Below are positions 40,801-51,045 of a stretch of DNA of 64,000 bases, piece after piece. This stretch comes from a virus, in IMG/VR virus record IMGVR_UViG_3300035703_000077, positions 4,390 to 68,389 of that record; one strand, 5' to 3'. Position numbers and translations under genes: made by a program. Each line of letters starts with the position of its first letter. The stretch's first letter is position 1. Under the pieces are notes generated by a model. The model saw only the letters and a program-made list of their open reading frames with translations, had not been told where the DNA came from and ran no database searches.

Positions 40801-42992
40801 ATTATACTAAATATATTCCTACCAATATCTATATTTGATCTTGGTTGTATATTTTCAACTTTGGTTGTTCCCAAAACTTCAATATTACTTGGTCCGTCAT
40901 AACCAAATGCAGTTTTATATATAGAGTCTACTTTTACATTTATTACATTTGGTGTTAATGTAAAAATTGGATTTCTAACTACTATACCATTTAATTTATA
41001 ATAAACTTGTGTTTCATATAAAGTTCCATTAACTTTATAAATTATGGTATATGTAACATTTTGCTCTCTAGTTAAAAACGAAGTTATTTGATTTGGTATT
41101 GCTAAAAAATTTACATTAGAGTTACTCCAGAATTCAGGAGATTGGAAATTTAATCTTACACTACTAAATTGTACATTATCTACATAATATTGATTGTCCA
41201 ATAGTAAATTTTTTGGAACTTTATTGATCCAATTTAATGTAGTAATACTACCGTTTTGATTTATAATTCTACCAAATAATGATATTGGGTTTGTTCTATC
41301 CCATAACCCAAAAGTTTCTATACCAGCCGGTAACGGCGATGTATCTGTTATTCTTATTATATTATTTGTGGTTTCATCAATATAATATGGAACTGTAATA
41401 ATGCCAGATTGATCTTTTGTATTTTGATTTGGTATTAACGGTGAATTGATTGTATCAAAATCAAAGTAAAATTCAACTTTATCTGTTTTTTGAGGTGATA
41501 GTGCTTGTGATAAACGTAAATTTACAGGAAATGTTATAGAACCATCGGCTGACTTAAATATTAATAATATATTTCTATTTAGTGTATTTGTGTTTTGAGT
41601 TACAAATCCAGATATAGTTTTTGAACCTTTCCCATTTAATTCATTTATAGTTAGCCAATTAACAGGGATATTATTTTCAAATTGTATAGCCCAATCAAAC
41701 CCGTCATCTGTTATTATATTAAATGAAAAATTACCACCACTATATGGTATTAATATTTCTTGGGTACTAATTGTAAAATTTGGTGCATTATTTATATTTA
41801 AGTTTAAGTTAACTGTATTTCCATTTATTAATTCAAATGTCTGTGAAGTTTCACCCAAATTATTTACATTTGGTAAATTGTAATAAGGTGTAAATTTAAC
41901 TTTTAAATCAATGAATTTTTTTAACTGGTCTGGTTTATTTATTTTTAAAATTTTACTACCATTTAAAATTTCATTGGTTTGTGTTTTAATTTCACTTACT
42001 TGTGATATTATTTCTTCAGATCCATTTGAATTCACCCCAAATATTTGATATTTTACATTAGTTGAATTTTTACAATTATAATTTATATCTATAATAGATT
42101 GATCTAAATTATATTTTAATATCGGATTTGGTTTTGCATCTACTATTGTAATTTGAGGTACTTGTTGAGTATCTGTTTTTTGCCATAAATTAAATGACAA
42201 AGTAGAAATGCTACCATCAGTTGCGACAAAACTTTTTTCTTGTTTAATATATACATTATCAAATGGATCCCATTTTTCAATAAAAATAGCATATTCTGTA
42301 TAATTGATAGGTTTATTTATTGATATTCTATAAAAGGAATCTGTTATATAGCTGTTATCACGAAACTCAATTTTTATAGACTTATCTTTTATTTCACTAA
42401 ATGGTATTGATATTTCACGAGGACCTCGTGTGTTATTAATAGCAACCCCATCCCTGTGGATAATACCTACGTCATTACCTCTATTTGATTCAATCTTTAA
42501 TCTCAAATTACCGTTTGGAAAAACGCTGTCTGGTATGCCATCTGATACTATAAAATCACTATTATTTTGAGTAAAGCTGCCATTTGGATTTGTTATAGTT
42601 ACTAATAATTTTGTATTATTAGGTATAGTAGAAATAGATGGTAATATTATATCACACTCAATTTCATTTGCCCGTACTAAATCTATAAGTGTTGGATCTT
42701 CTACTGCTACATTAGAAACTATCTGCTCTCTTATTCCACTATTGTTATATCTAAAATATTTTACATTACTTACAGATACCAAGGAACCAAAACTAACAGA
42801 TGCACCAAAATATACATTTTCAACATAAATTTTTACAGTTGTAGGTTGGTTTCTATTAGATAAACTATTTGGTAAAAAGTATGGAGATACTATATATGGC
42901 GTAAGTTGGTCAGCAACCCGTTCAATTGCAGCTGTTTCTGCATTTACTCGCGAAAATATATTATTTAATTGACCACTTTGTATTATTGCCAT
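37899..42992 (-). CDS. Large virion protein with a BACON domain and about six Ig-like repeats
   Basis: BACON-like segment (W...NWLTINELNGKG...NTNTLNR); repeated P-N...V.VD...I.Y.D..G modules; ends KMYEPLP...WISKQRS. Confidence 0.65.
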   Translation of the reverse strand: MAIIQSGQLNNIFSRVNAETAAIERVADQLTPYIVSPYFLPNSLSNRNQPTTVKIYVENVYFGASVSFGSLVSVSNVKYFRYNNSGIREQIVSNVAVEDPTLIDLVRANEIECDIILPSISTIPNNTKLLVTITNPNGSFTQNNSDFIVSDGIPDSVFPNGNLRLKIESNRGNDVGIIHRDGVAINNTRGPREISIPFSEIKDKSIKIEFRDNSYITDSFYRISINKPINYTEYAIFIEKWDPFDNVYIKQEKSFVATDGSISTLSFNLWQKTDTQQVPQITIVDAKPNPILKYNLDQSIIDINYNCKNSTNVKYQIFGVNSNGSEEIISQVSEIKTQTNEILNGSKILKINKPDQLKKFIDLKVKFTPYYNLPNVNNLGETSQTFELINGNTVNLNLNINNAPNFTISTQEILIPYSGGNFSFNIITDDGFDWAIQFENNIPVNWLTINELNGKGSKTISGFVTQNTNTLNRNILLIFKSADGSITFPVNLRLSQALSPQKTDKVEFYFDFDTINSPLIPNQNTKDQSGIITVPYYIDETTNNIIRITDTSPLPAGIETFGLWDRTNPISLFGRIINQNGSITTLNWINKVPKNLLLDNQYYVDNVQFSSVRLNFQSPEFWSNSNVNFLAIPNQITSFLTREQNVTYTIIYKVNGTLYETQVYYKLNGIVVRNPIFTLTPNVINVKVDSIYKTAFGYDGPSNIEVLGTTKVENIQPRSNIDIGRNIFSIIGIEFYRNWKTPTQQRVNYVAGSNVDSLKPNIFGFSINDVFSDQALTGIVKIRYKNNIGDIRDYELIFNLYRTDVLTPSSFTINPSKKYVKVNKNFIPISTKSGTQFETFRVTVNGFEPRLNNDNFEYSFTPFEPSAGYFTITNVEFTKEESSDRIEFNGFLNSNAIPPNRQNQTFGYTQNYFEVYVYNISKPIYGKATIRYRNTNQNIPIEIEPLTETVYFEIIPDIEGEDVTPPTIPTYTIVAKPNADLLLPVDCNNSILGEILPVSISVTQTNTKNTNDVKILNFTQNSNDPKSGEFKIVNVTSDVDNLNFLFGNDNTITLQRNFLDKSYVVNVTIEYRDDNLNLNRTYTSFKINRIAPKPYVVTFTPNPSNINVIVDYTNQFNINSISTPSIKILADETDLMNNTRVPLRYTTGDLVKGTYKIKKIEGFVLTTDAPATNEIFIPENGILEKNHSIKIFVDYIDSCGASKSNVQIFIPVNRIAPRGQEVLATIKPNFIDVEVDFRRSLVQTPIPFPEILVELSEREVGSGLAPIPMQYTQNNLLNKNQFKIKKVYGNSIDSYELSSFSKFRPSVKKILQSEYGYAEIEYKDISGKEGTTTLQFYLNRIQLPQRFSKISVKTTVLRQVVIVSDNFDIIDQTYDEIKNIPILATQILPNDKVSTPLKFVKLESGKTLTDDSTYTINSIFAYEEDTNKFVDYVGFEILNNGEIRVLANQIKSNIIVKINTSYIDYYGNSGKVDIVSSIIPDVTPPIITRIEYPEGINARDYIGFNQDFDVTFESEFSTNVAIYVTNYGENYLYQRYKPDSIANFNMQDLISRFGIDTGDGDTFDFTLILVPERFENNKYKEGQYEDIVIQFNKSNIQIPRPFIINNLNNIIKPKFDFTIYKDEVAKYLNHYLHFDNEEPRLIANWERDDITFSEFEVDELGNEIPTSVNPTLVLKMYEPLPEDITVNTSIWISKQRS

Positions 42993-43039
42993 AATTCATA
43001 CTATTGTTTTACTATAATAAATATTAAATAATTTGTTTA

Positions 43040-45238
43040 TTATAATTCAAATTTACTAAAGGTTTTTTTATCTTTTAAAAAATCTGTTATAGCTTGTGTA
43101 GGCTGTTGATACACACCCCCCTTAGTTGGATCAGTTATTTTAACTAATTCTTGCCAATCTGATTTGTAAAAAAATCCATCACCATCGGTAAAACCTTTAA
43201 AGAAAGGATAGTTACGACCCCAATTTATATACTTTAAATTTCCAGTTCCACCAAATTGTATTGGACTTGGTTTTCCAAATTCATAAACATAAAATTCTCG
43301 TGTAACGTCATAATATCTATTTTCAAATTTACCAGTAACATAATTCAAAGACGAGTATGGAACTTTAGCTTGCGATTTCCATACTCCCATAGTTGGTATT
43401 GTTATTCTTCTAAATTTTAAAAATATATTTATATCCTTTGTTATTTTTATTTCTAGTTTAAATTTATCCGATAGTAATTCACCAGTATCCCAATTATAAA
43501 ATCCCTCAAATACCCAATCTTCAGTTTGTGCTTGTGGAAAAAAGCCTTGTAAAGTACTTTCACTTGATATTTTTGAGCCATATAATAATACTGACTTAGA
43601 ACAATTTATCCGCTTTCCACCGTCAATATCTGTAAAACTATTAGGTTGATCATTAATTGAAATTGACTTATTTTTTATTGTATAATATAATGGCCAATTT
43701 AACAGTTCAATCTCTATTCTATTATCTTTAAATATTTCTATATTTTTTTCATCCCCCTTATTTTCATTAAAATAATAATATGGTATTAAATAATTATCGT
43801 TTGGTATATATTTTATATTTGTGTTAACAATTGTGGGTTGATTTGGTATTATTGGCTGAATCGGTGAAATTGAAGCAAAATCTCGTTCAGAATCTGTCCA
43901 AGTGAATTCACGTATTAATTGTTGCTTTTCTTGTTTCAAATATTCTACATAGCCATCCCATTCAGTATCATCGGTAGTATTAAATTTACGTTGAATAAAA
44001 TTTAAGTCTTTTGATACATATGATTGATTTACATAATCATACTCCTTTACTTGTAATGGCTCAAGTGAAAATCCATCAAATACAATAGGTATTTTACCAG
44101 GTACTGCTAAAGCTGCATCATACTTATACAATAAATTTTTTGGTTGATTTGAATATAATGAAACTTTAACACGACCTTGCTCACGATCAAAATTTACGCG
44201 AGGTAATGGTGTTGGTGATGGTGTGACGCCAGGTGGTAATGTTGGTGTTGGTGTAGGTGTTGGTGTTGGTGGGTTTGGATCTCTTTGAGTAGGAACTGAT
44301 ATTGTTGGTCTAATTGTTGGTGAAGTAAACTCTTCAATATCTTCGACAAATTCAGTTTCTTCAAAATCTACTAATTTGGGTATATATACCTCCAAACTTT
44401 CTAATAGTTTATTAAAACAAAATGTTGGAAAATCTATACTAACTTGTGATGTAGGTTTATCTTTCCCAAAGTTTGGATTAAATGTATTGTACGTGCGACC
44501 AATTAAAGAATCTTTATCTTGAAGTTCAAATCTAACTGCATTTTTAAATGCATTAATTAAATTATTTATAATTTTATTAAACTCAAATATATTGTTTTTA
44601 AAATATTGTTTTATTATCTCATTAAAAACAGGTTCAGTGACTTGATTAATTAATAATTCTCTAATATTATCTAGTGTAATAGAATCTAAAAATGGATCAA
44701 TTGCTTCAAAAATATCTTCTTTAAATTGTTCATCATTTAAAAACGCTTGATATCTCTCATCTATAATCTGTTGGAGTGGTAAACCATCAACTCGTATTTC
44801 ATCAACATCAAATGGTAAAACTCTTATTTCAGTTCTGGACGGTGATATTTCCTGTATCCATACTCTATTAGGTTTATCTTGTGTACCAAGTCTGTTATTA
44901 ACAAACATCATTTCTACAGTAAATATTCCAATATTATAGCCAGCATCTTTTATTAATTTCTTAACGTCAATAGTATAATTTCTTCTTGATTTTTTATCAA
45001 CATTTTCAATTTTTTTATAATATTGAGGTTGATTTGCTTTATTAATATATCTAACCAATCCATAATTACGTTGTGGTAGTGGATTATTACTAGCGTCATA
45101 AATTATAACACGTATAGTATCGTGTTTAAATGATCCAAATGAAGTTTTTAAATCATACTGTTGAAATATTTCTAATTCATTTTCAGGTACAAATCTACCT
45201 TTATCTTGTATTATGGATTTGAATTTATCTAATGACAT
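43040..45238 (-). CDS. Virion structural protein with Pro/Thr linker
   Basis: WIQEISPSRTEIR motif; PNPPTPTPTPTPTLPPGVTPSPTP linker. Confidence 0.6.
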   Translation of the reverse strand: MSLDKFKSIIQDKGRFVPENELEIFQQYDLKTSFGSFKHDTIRVIIYDASNNPLPQRNYGLVRYINKANQPQYYKKIENVDKKSRRNYTIDVKKLIKDAGYNIGIFTVEMMFVNNRLGTQDKPNRVWIQEISPSRTEIRVLPFDVDEIRVDGLPLQQIIDERYQAFLNDEQFKEDIFEAIDPFLDSITLDNIRELLINQVTEPVFNEIIKQYFKNNIFEFNKIINNLINAFKNAVRFELQDKDSLIGRTYNTFNPNFGKDKPTSQVSIDFPTFCFNKLLESLEVYIPKLVDFEETEFVEDIEEFTSPTIRPTISVPTQRDPNPPTPTPTPTPTLPPGVTPSPTPLPRVNFDREQGRVKVSLYSNQPKNLLYKYDAALAVPGKIPIVFDGFSLEPLQVKEYDYVNQSYVSKDLNFIQRKFNTTDDTEWDGYVEYLKQEKQQLIREFTWTDSERDFASISPIQPIIPNQPTIVNTNIKYIPNDNYLIPYYYFNENKGDEKNIEIFKDNRIEIELLNWPLYYTIKNKSISINDQPNSFTDIDGGKRINCSKSVLLYGSKISSESTLQGFFPQAQTEDWVFEGFYNWDTGELLSDKFKLEIKITKDINIFLKFRRITIPTMGVWKSQAKVPYSSLNYVTGKFENRYYDVTREFYVYEFGKPSPIQFGGTGNLKYINWGRNYPFFKGFTDGDGFFYKSDWQELVKITDPTKGGVYQQPTQAITDFLKDKKTFSKFEL

Positions 45239-45272
45239 ATTTATAAATATTTTTTTATTATTTATTAACTAA

Positions 45273-48200
45273 TTAACTCCATTTAGTTTGTATACTTGCA
45301 TCACCACTTACAATATATACAGTACCTCGAACTGCTTGTATCCTATGAGCACCAGTTTCATTTTGACGTTTTGGTTTTACTAGAGTAGTTCGTTTTCTGT
45401 CACCATCTATGTAAGAAATAGTCCAAGTATCAGCATCATCACTAACTATAAAATACGTTTCAATAAATGCATTTTGAATATATAATGTATATGCCTCTCC
45501 TGTTGAAGCTGGAGTTATAGTTCCTTGCTGTGTTCCTACTATTATAACTCCATTTTTCGTTGCATCGAAATCAAATGATTCAAATGAATTTAAAGTTTTT
45601 ACAATTATTCTATTATCTGGTGTTAAATATTCAAATGTAAATGGATAATTGAATATGGTATTAGATAATGCATTGTATCTAACTATATTTGGATCTGTGC
45701 CACCTGTTCCAATATTACTTAAATCATTTAATTGAGTTATTTGTATAGACTTTGTTTCTGTTCCATACTTTAATACAAGAGTAGCAGACCTGTTAGCAAG
45801 TGTTGTATTGGCTTGTATTTGCACTGGAACTTTTAATGTACCATTGCCAGATATAGGTGTAGGTTTAACCCACGTTTCATTAGATTCTAATGTCCATATT
45901 AAATTTGGATTATTTGTCAATATATCAACTTCAAATGTAATTCCTTTTGATGATACTGCATTGATTGATGAATCAGTTTTAAATTCAACTGTTGTGGCAA
46001 TATTTGATAATTGGTTAATAGTTAATGTAGATGGAATTGGTGTTCCATCAGTTGCGCTAACAGTCAAAATACCATCACGTGAATTTAAAGTATTATTTGG
46101 AAGTATTTTCAATTCTATTGCTTGGTTACCTTTACCATTTCTGGTATTTGCCTCGATCCAATTAACATTAATATCTAATTTCCAACTCAAATTATTATCA
46201 TTATTAGTGTCAATTGTTATGGTTCTATTTTCACCAGATCCAATTGCGTCTTTTATATTAGATGGCGTAATTTTTAACAATCGATTTGTCGTTACATTTC
46301 CTTTATTTTGACTAATATTAATAATAGCATAGTTTGTACCAGAGTTAATATTTGCTGAATAGTTTATATTTGAAGTTGCGTCTTGAACAAAAATTCTAGC
46401 TTGTCGTATGGATGGTGAATTTTGCAATGAACTAATATAAGATGCTATTTTAAATTTTATGTTAGAACTACCGACACCAGCAACAATTCCATTTATAGGT
46501 GTAAAACTAGTTGTAGTGTTTGTTAAATTTTGAGGTATAATCCAATCTGGTAAGCCAGCTATAATCCACCTAGTATCTGTTTTTTGAGTTATTATTTTAA
46601 AGTCTATTTCAGTTGCGTCACTTGAAACAGATTTACCATTTAAAATAGTTTTATCCACACCATTTGTATCAACTACACTAATTAACGGGTTTTGGCTAGT
46701 TCCTGTGCCAGCTCTGCCAAATAAAATCGGGTATATTTCAAATGCAGATGACCCATCCCAATTTGCATATTCTAGTGTCAAAAATAACTTTATTATTTGT
46801 CCGGTTGGAAATTGATTAAAATGTTTAGACGGATCAATTATATAACTTTTACTTAAATTATTTGGATTCATATATTTAAACCCATCGGCATCTCCAATAA
46901 TTATAGAGTTATAGTATCTCCAATCCGTGTTAGTAAAGTTTGTATTTTGATTTTGCATAAATAGTGATGGTATCATACCATATCCCCATTCAGCAATTTT
47001 TTCTTCAATATTCACTGGACTTATTACGTCTTGTGTTGTTCGTGGTTCAAATTTTAAACCATATTTGAAATCTAAATCGGCACCACCGCTTAATGTAATT
47101 CGAAGTTTTCTAATACTAGCATCTGATGGTAGATTACTTAAATCTATATTTATTTTGGTTTCAGGTGTGTATAATTTATACCCTCGCACTAATGCAGTGG
47201 AGTTTAAAATAGTTTGTCCCAACCCATCACGTGGGCTAATTACATATTCTTGATCTGAAACTGGTAATCCTTTAAACGTTGGATCTTCATTTATTTGTTG
47301 TTGTGATAACTGTATTGGCAATGAAGTCGTGGTTACATTCCATGGTGACGATACATCTATTACATTTATAGATAACGATGAGTCCCTATCAATATATGGG
47401 TATACATTTAAAGGTATTATATCAGGGTAATTTTCTGGAAATTGTCCCCAATCTCCAGTATTTGGATTAACATCAAAATATCCGGTACCACATAATGATG
47501 GCATTACAAAAAATCCCGTTTCAGCCAACTCTCGAATTTCACTTGCAGTTGCATTACGATAAACACCATTAAAAGCATCTTGTTTATTTGCGTAAATTCT
47601 AGTTGATTCTAAGCCCACATAGCGTGACTCCCACCCATTTGGTCTTTGATCTAATACGTTAGTCCATAATCCCCTAACTGATCTAGTTTCTATATTATTA
47701 TGTATATAATATCCAACATTTTTTATACACTCTCCCTCTCTCTTAAATACAGGTGAAAATCTACGTTTAATATTTATTGGTTCACCATTATATTCAAATT
47801 TAATTTTTTTATTTCTAACTTGAACTGTTGGGTATGGGTCAAAGTGATTGTATGGTGGGTAACTAGGGAATACTGCATTCGGTCTATTAACCCATTCTAC
47901 AGTTGAATAACGAGGAACTTTGATCCTATATTTAGTTCCACTTGGAACATTTTGATAATTTTCTGGAATAGATTCACCATCATTTAGTATTCTATTACTT
48001 TTATTATATGGATCAAACCAATATTTAGAAACACCATTAGAATTACGAGTTTCTATAGGTGACACAAATTCACCAATTAGGCCTGGACTTGCCCCACCCG
48101 GTAGCCTTTTGTATGGTCCTAATGGTACAATCAAGCTATCACCAGATACACTGACATCCAAATTGAACGTGGATCCACCTTCTTCTATACTAACAATTTC

Positions 48201-49991
48201 ATATTCAACATTGTTTTCTAGATTTAGTCCAAATGTTAGCCATGAATTATATAAACCCAAAGATAAATCTGTTATAAATGGATTACCACCATCTATAACT
48301 AATGTCTCTTCACCAATAGGTGTACCTAAGTCAATCCCATTACCATTATATATTGTTTTTTTAATAGTGACTTTATAATCAAATGAAGATGCCCCATTTG
48401 TTCGTATGTATTCACGATATTTTTTAACAAGTGGGTGACTTTCCCCTAATTCAGTTAAATCTGGTGCTAATCGAATACCAACCATTGAACCCCTACGAGT
48501 TTTAAATCTATAAGGATCACCGAATGCACCTGGTTTATTAGCGGTAGGATTATTTTGATTTTTATACGCACTACTATCTATACCTATAATACCAAATGGT
48601 ATATCTCTAACATTCGCAGATGCCGATTCACTTATACTTCTAAATGTGTAAAAACCTAACCAATTCATAATAGCTAAAAATGGGCTATCATTTAAACTAA
48701 CTACAAAATTTTTAGGTGAACTTAAATCCCAAGTTTCAACGCCTCTATCCACTCGAATAACCGGCGATGTCCATTCGTTGGGGTAACAATCTGCACTTCG
48801 GCATACCAAATCTCTATATGAATTATCAATATCATAATCTGTAGTTGGTTTCCACCCACCACCTGCATCTAATATTGTACTTGCTTGTTCTATTGGTAAA
48901 CTAGTATCCCATACCTCATACGAAGTGTCTTTTAGATTAAATTTTCTTAAATCAGGCACCATTGGTGAATAATTTGCCATTTTTTGTTTTAAAAATGATG
49001 TCATAACTTCATACGAATCTGGTGCATTTGAGAATGGAATGCCTCTTAATGATTCAACTGGAGCTCCACTATTTCTACCATCAATATCACCAACTGCATA
49101 TGGAGTGCATATCCACCCTTTAACATTATTTTTAATTTGAAATATTCTAAATAATTCACTTGCGTGATTCTTGGCTACTTTTGGAAGTGTGTACCAATAG
49201 TCACGAGCTCGTCTAATTTCTGCCTCAATGGGTTCCCTCCAATTTGGCGTTTCTTTATCACGACGTGCTTCTTCTCTTCGTATTCTTTCTTCACGTGGGA
49301 TATCACCTGGAGGTGGAGTTCTTGTGGGTATGGAAGTTGTAGGTGTAGTAGTTGGAGTTGGAGTTGGAGTTGGACCTGTTCCCCCACCACCGAATCCACC
49401 ACCACCCCCTCCGGTGCCACCACCACCTCCTCCGGTGCCACCACCGAATCCACCACCACCACCAGCAGCTGCACCACCAGAGATTAAACTATTTAGAGAA
49501 TTTATTTGACTTTGCAAAGCAGAAATCTGTGCTTTAAACGCATTAACTTGACCACTTAATTCTGCATTTCTAGATTCCGCCTCCGTTGCACGCTGAATAG
49601 CAGAATTAAAATCACTCATTGCTTTATTTAAACGCGATGTCAAATCTTCAATTTGTTTTTGTAATGATTCACTTAATTTACCAGCTGATTCTAATTGAGC
49701 TTGTAAATCTTCAACCTGTCTCTGTAAATCTGTGACTTGAAGTCTGAATTCTTCTGATAGGATATTGGCGTTTTGAAATTGAAGTATAACATTATCAAAG
49801 TCATTTAATAGTCTATTATATTCATCCAATGTTACTAAATTAAAATCGGTAGCTTTTGGTTGTGGGATTAGTTCACTTACTTCTACATTTACTGCTTTTT
49901 TTAATTCAGTATCATTATAAGATGGTCTTATAAGTGAAGATCCAGCTAGACCAGGTGTATTATCTCTTGTATTAAAAACTTTTTTAGCCAT
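45273..49991 (-). CDS. Large virion protein: coiled coil, Gly-rich/PT linker, three C-terminal BACON-like domains
   Basis: Heptad region QVTDLQRQVEDLQAQLE; poly-Gly; PTPTPTP; W...W...G.G....I..N.....R BACON pattern three times. Confidence 0.65.
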   Translation of the reverse strand: MAKKVFNTRDNTPGLAGSSLIRPSYNDTELKKAVNVEVSELIPQPKATDFNLVTLDEYNRLLNDFDNVILQFQNANILSEEFRLQVTDLQRQVEDLQAQLESAGKLSESLQKQIEDLTSRLNKAMSDFNSAIQRATEAESRNAELSGQVNAFKAQISALQSQINSLNSLISGGAAAGGGGGFGGGTGGGGGGTGGGGGGFGGGGTGPTPTPTPTTTPTTSIPTRTPPPGDIPREERIRREEARRDKETPNWREPIEAEIRRARDYWYTLPKVAKNHASELFRIFQIKNNVKGWICTPYAVGDIDGRNSGAPVESLRGIPFSNAPDSYEVMTSFLKQKMANYSPMVPDLRKFNLKDTSYEVWDTSLPIEQASTILDAGGGWKPTTDYDIDNSYRDLVCRSADCYPNEWTSPVIRVDRGVETWDLSSPKNFVVSLNDSPFLAIMNWLGFYTFRSISESASANVRDIPFGIIGIDSSAYKNQNNPTANKPGAFGDPYRFKTRRGSMVGIRLAPDLTELGESHPLVKKYREYIRTNGASSFDYKVTIKKTIYNGNGIDLGTPIGEETLVIDGGNPFITDLSLGLYNSWLTFGLNLENNVEYEIVSIEEGGSTFNLDVSVSGDSLIVPLGPYKRLPGGASPGLIGEFVSPIETRNSNGVSKYWFDPYNKSNRILNDGESIPENYQNVPSGTKYRIKVPRYSTVEWVNRPNAVFPSYPPYNHFDPYPTVQVRNKKIKFEYNGEPINIKRRFSPVFKREGECIKNVGYYIHNNIETRSVRGLWTNVLDQRPNGWESRYVGLESTRIYANKQDAFNGVYRNATASEIRELAETGFFVMPSLCGTGYFDVNPNTGDWGQFPENYPDIIPLNVYPYIDRDSSLSINVIDVSSPWNVTTTSLPIQLSQQQINEDPTFKGLPVSDQEYVISPRDGLGQTILNSTALVRGYKLYTPETKINIDLSNLPSDASIRKLRITLSGGADLDFKYGLKFEPRTTQDVISPVNIEEKIAEWGYGMIPSLFMQNQNTNFTNTDWRYYNSIIIGDADGFKYMNPNNLSKSYIIDPSKHFNQFPTGQIIKLFLTLEYANWDGSSAFEIYPILFGRAGTGTSQNPLISVVDTNGVDKTILNGKSVSSDATEIDFKIITQKTDTRWIIAGLPDWIIPQNLTNTTTSFTPINGIVAGVGSSNIKFKIASYISSLQNSPSIRQARIFVQDATSNINYSANINSGTNYAIINISQNKGNVTTNRLLKITPSNIKDAIGSGENRTITIDTNNDNNLSWKLDINVNWIEANTRNGKGNQAIELKILPNNTLNSRDGILTVSATDGTPIPSTLTINQLSNIATTVEFKTDSSINAVSSKGITFEVDILTNNPNLIWTLESNETWVKPTPISGNGTLKVPVQIQANTTLANRSATLVLKYGTETKSIQITQLNDLSNIGTGGTDPNIVRYNALSNTIFNYPFTFEYLTPDNRIIVKTLNSFESFDFDATKNGVIIVGTQQGTITPASTGEAYTLYIQNAFIETYFIVSDDADTWTISYIDGDRKRTTLVKPKRQNETGAHRIQAVRGTVYIVSGDASIQTKWS
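49330..49478. repeat. Low-complexity coding repeats (poly-Gly and PT linker)
   Basis: ccaccaccgaatccaccaccacc and cctccggtgccaccacc each occur twice; tandem gttgga. Confidence 0.85.
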
Positions 49992-49992
49992 T

Positions 49993-51045
49993 TTAATTTA
50001 TTAATCTAAATTTATAATTATCATTGAAGTATTCAATAGCTCCGTTTCTTTCAATTTTAAAATTTATAATATAATCTCTATTAATTTCCCAATCAGTAAA
50101 ATCCAAATCTATATAGTTAATATTAGTGGTATTACAGCTAATACGGGAATAATCCGAAAATGGTATTATTATAGTATCCGTTAAGTAATCTCTAATTTCA
50201 TAGTATGATATTTTTGGTAAAGCTCTTTGTTTATATTGATGCGCTTTATTATAAATATTAGTAGGGTATAATTCTCTACCAACAATTTCTATTCTATTTT
50301 TAGTATTTACTTTATAATTTGTTTTTAATTTTGGTACAACTGCTAATTGATATGCTGAATTTAAATTCATCAAACTTCCAGTTGAATATGTAAAATCATT
50401 AATTCCAACTCTTAATCTAGGTGAATGTATAGTGTGTGTTTCTTTACTAAAAAATTGTAATTTTCCATAATCGGTTTGGTCTAAATCAGCAGCATTTGAA
50501 TGTTTTATTATTAATCCATTATTAGGTATTGATCCACTTAACCACCCCGTTACAGCATCAATTACATTTAATTCTGTGTCTCCACTTTGATAATTAAATG
50601 ATTGGCTAGCTTCAGGGGCAACAAACCAAACCCCACCCAAACCATCGTCAAACGTTGAAAACGAGCTACCTGTTATTACACCACTACCCCACACAGTTAG
50701 TGAATTTGCATCCCTATATTTCCACGTAACTCCATATGTGTTTTTATCGTAATCAATTCTACCAGTTCCCATTTCCCAACTTCCTGATATAGGATATGCA
50801 TATATTGTATAATCCAATGGTATTTCATCTACTTGATCAACTCTTAATATTAAGTGTGCAGTCTCAATTGATTGACTAACTAAACTACTAAAATCAAATT
50901 GTATTAATGATCTTGCGATATTAAAATTGTCAGATCCTGATAAAAATTTACCAACTTCTAATATCGGATCTAGTCCCGTGTTAGATGTTATTGCACCTTT
51001 ATAAATAGATGTGTCTTTTGATGGTTTTAGAAATTTATACATCAA
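49993..51045 (-). CDS. DNRLRE/CBM96-like virion protein
   Basis: KDTSIY...NTG...RSLIQFD...W.MGTG...NNGLII...F.SKE....PRL pattern. Confidence 0.6.
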   Translation of the reverse strand: MMYKFLKPSKDTSIYKGAITSNTGLDPILEVGKFLSGSDNFNIARSLIQFDFSSLVSQSIETAHLILRVDQVDEIPLDYTIYAYPISGSWEMGTGRIDYDKNTYGVTWKYRDANSLTVWGSGVITGSSFSTFDDGLGGVWFVAPEASQSFNYQSGDTELNVIDAVTGWLSGSIPNNGLIIKHSNAADLDQTDYGKLQFFSKETHTIHSPRLRVGINDFTYSTGSLMNLNSAYQLAVVPKLKTNYKVNTKNRIEIVGRELYPTNIYNKAHQYKQRALPKISYYEIRDYLTDTIIIPFSDYSRISCNTTNINYIDLDFTDWEINRDYIINFKIERNGAIEYFNDNYKFRLIN

